Origin: Ignavibacteriota bacterium
Lineage (GTDB): Bacteria; Bacteroidota; Ignavibacteria; Palsa-1295
Direction: 5' to 3'
Assembly (NCBI GenBank): GCA_963787835.1
Contig: CAWBEI010000002.1
Span: forward strand, 224,001 to 288,000
DNA: 64,000 nucleotides
Below are positions 62,021 to 64,000 of the stretch, piece by piece. The first letter of the stretch is position 1. Every line of letters begins with the position of its first letter. Position numbers and translations under genes: made by a program. The notes under the pieces were generated by a model, which ran no database searches, was not told the DNA's origin, and saw only the letters and a program-made list of their open reading frames with translations.

Positions 62021-62095
62021 TAAAAGGATGTGGGCTTTATCTGCAAGAAAGCGTTATTTAGCCTGTGACTCTTTAAATGTTAACGTGTTAGGGTA

Positions 62096-62938
62096 ATGAT
62101 GTCGATCGGATCGCTGAGCCTGAAACGGGCACGGACTGCCGGTGAGCGACCAAGCGGGACTCGTCCCGTAATGGCCGTTGGCGGTCGCGTGGCTCAGAGT
62201 GGATCTCCGGCAACCTCTGTATTTCCTGCAACGAATGGCTCGAACATTCCCAGCCTTCGGCCTGCTTCGGATGCGATAGCCCCTCCTATCGACACACAAA
62301 AGATCAACATGGTCCGTCCGCCCAAAGAGGTGACCGATAATGAACTATTGGAGCGATTTCAGCGCGGCGATGAGGATGGATATGTAGAACTTTATCTGCG
62401 GCGTCAAGCGGAAGTTTATACCTTCGCGCTTCGGCTCGCCGGCGGCGACCGCGATCTTGCGAGCGATCTTTTTCAGGATACCTTTATCAAGGTCTATCGA
62501 AAGGCACATACGTTCCGGCCCATCGTTTCGGAAGATGGGCAGTCAAGTACCAACGTGCTTGGCTGGTTGTACACCATTGTCCGCACGACCTATTTGAATC
62601 ACAAGCGGCGGCGCACGATGGTCGGCCTGGACGATACTGCGAACGAGATCCCCTCGACCGACCGAACCCTCGATCCGGAATTCCGCGAGGAGCAATCGAC
62701 TTTGCGCGAGTGTGTCGAAGGTGCGATCATGAACCTGTCGCCTGAGATACGCGAACCGTTCATACTTCGCGAGTTCGATGGGCTTTCCTATCAGGAAATA
62801 TCCGACGAATTGCATCTCACGCTCGGCGCTGTGCGCCAGCGTATCTACCGCGCAAAGCTTGCGATGCGCGAACAACTGTGGGACCTTGTTCACGATGATA
62901 CCGGCGGCGATATTCAGCATTCAGCACTCAGCACTTAG
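62096..62938 (+). CDS. ECF (sigma-70 family) RNA polymerase sigma factor
   Basis: DNELL, DLFQDTFIKVY, WLYTIVR (region 2); FILREFDGLSYQEI...GAVRQRIYRA (region 4). The true start may be downstream, near 62309. Confidence 0.9.
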   Translation: MMSIGSLSLKRARTAGERPSGTRPVMAVGGRVAQSGSPATSVFPATNGSNIPSLRPASDAIAPPIDTQKINMVRPPKEVTDNELLERFQRGDEDGYVELYLRRQAEVYTFALRLAGGDRDLASDLFQDTFIKVYRKAHTFRPIVSEDGQSSTNVLGWLYTIVRTTYLNHKRRRTMVGLDDTANEIPSTDRTLDPEFREEQSTLRECVEGAIMNLSPEIREPFILREFDGLSYQEISDELHLTLGAVRQRIYRAKLAMREQLWDLVHDDTGGDIQHSALST

Positions 62939-62940
62939 CA
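62913..62940 (+). repeat. 7-bp tandem repeat (TTCAGCA-type x4) spanning the sigma stop codon
   Basis: ttcagca ttcagca ctcagca cttagca. Confidence 0.75.
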
Positions 62941-62947
62941 TGTTGCT

Positions 62948-64000
62948 ATGGCAAACTTTGAAGAAAAAATATTAGGGTACCTCGATGGCTCGCTCTCGGA
63001 AGCGGATCGTGAGGACGTGCTTGCCGGAATCTCCGGCGAACGCGCCAACACCCCCGAGCGCGCGCTCTTCGATGCGCACCTGCGTTTGCAGGAGCTGTAC
63101 TCGGTCGTCCGAACACCGGTGAGCGCGCCACTTTCCGTCCAGCGCGAACTCGCTTCCCAGGTGCCGCTGCTTGCAATAAAACTTCCCTATCTTGCGCCTG
63201 CCGAACGACGCGACCGTGCTGCGGCTGGATGGCTCAGTTATATTCGTTCGTCGTGGGTCAATGTGTTCCTGATCTTCTCAAGTGTATTGCTTTTAGGTGG
63301 GGTCTGGTATGCCGTCAATACAAATGCAAGTAATGGAACTCCTTCATCCGTTACAAATCCAATTACAATAGGATCGTTCGGTGGAGGATTGTCGGGAGCC
63401 GCTTCTAATAGCGCTCCGCAGAACATCTCCCCTGCAAATATTGCTACTTCCAGTAGCACAGCATCCGGCTCAAGTACGAGAGGAACTGTTGTGACACATC
63501 CCATCGGTTCGTCGATCGCAAGCACCGTCTCGAACAGCTCCCCATCATCACGATCTAAATTAGATAGAATGGATGGGTCGTATTCCAATTGGGTGTCATC
63601 CCGATCCACAAGTGCTCACCGGTCTGGAAGCGCCGATCGTCTATCGAACGCTCGCTATATGATGCGAACTCGCCAAAATGCTTCCGCGAACAAAACCCCT
63701 GCATCGACAGAGAGTATCCCGCAAACAGCAACTCCACCCTCGCAAGCAAATGCCCCAGCAGGAGTGAATGCACCCACTACACCTGAGGAACCACCGGCTC
63801 TGCCTCCGCTAACGCTTCATTCGATCGATGTGCAAGAAAAAGCGATAGGATTCGACCCTCAACATGCCATGCCGATCGGCTCAGAATTGCAAGATAATTC
63901 CTCAAGCTTTGAGCCACTGCATGTGTATGCTTCGGGCGGCTCGCGGTATTTGATCCCTTTATCGAAAATTACTTCGCATGTGATCGAAGCGAAACAAGGA
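62948..64000 (+). CDS. Anti-sigma-like single-pass membrane protein, 3'-partial (absent from the ORF track)
   Basis: ATG 62948 gives MANFEEKILGYLDGSLSEADRE..., a TM helix (VFLIFSSVLLLGGVWY) and a long Ser/Pro/Thr linker; open to the window end. Confidence 0.75.
   Translation, partial: MANFEEKILGYLDGSLSEADREDVLAGISGERANTPERALFDAHLRLQELYSVVRTPVSAPLSVQRELASQVPLLAIKLPYLAPAERRDRAAAGWLSYIRSSWVNVFLIFSSVLLLGGVWYAVNTNASNGTPSSVTNPITIGSFGGGLSGAASNSAPQNISPANIATSSSTASGSSTRGTVVTHPIGSSIASTVSNSSPSSRSKLDRMDGSYSNWVSSRSTSAHRSGSADRLSNARYMMRTRQNASANKTPASTESIPQTATPPSQANAPAGVNAPTTPEEPPALPPLTLHSIDVQEKAIGFDPQHAMPIGSELQDNSSSFEPLHVYASGGSRYLIPLSKITSHVIEAKQG

Overview
Bacterial chromosomal window, probably from the Bacteroidota/Chlorobiota/Ignavibacteria/Kapabacteria (FCB) lineage. 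This is inferred from TAnnTTTG promoter boxes, Gln at +1 after signal peptides, and the SusC-like N-terminal domain on the TonB receptors. Positions 1-29.3 kb are mostly core genes: surface-glycan enzymes, accA, nadC, a two-component system, two TonB receptors plus HmuTUV-like ABC, proline dehydrogenase, aroF, rsmE, ftsY, mutL and mdh. The standout is 29.7-50.8 kb on the minus strand: eight paralogous, signal-peptide-bearing, Thr/Ser/Gly/Asn-rich proteins built from shuffled phage-tail-fibre-like modules, plus one lipoprotein. A ninth relative lies at 58.3-59.5 kb. They share short conserved N-terminal tags and fall into four C-terminal head types. None shows a recognisable T9SS CTD, autotransporter or YadA anchor, and no phage structural genes are nearby, so this is a candidate undescribed surface-fibre system. 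The right end carries a multi-PAS hybrid kinase, hflX, an SDR, a damaged four-helix-bundle gene with 9-bp repeats, a DprE2/DprE1-like pair, and an ECF sigma factor with a partial anti-sigma-like gene. Six single-base frameshifts cluster in 47.8-60.0 kb and are most likely consensus errors. All calls come from reading motifs by eye; no database searches were run.
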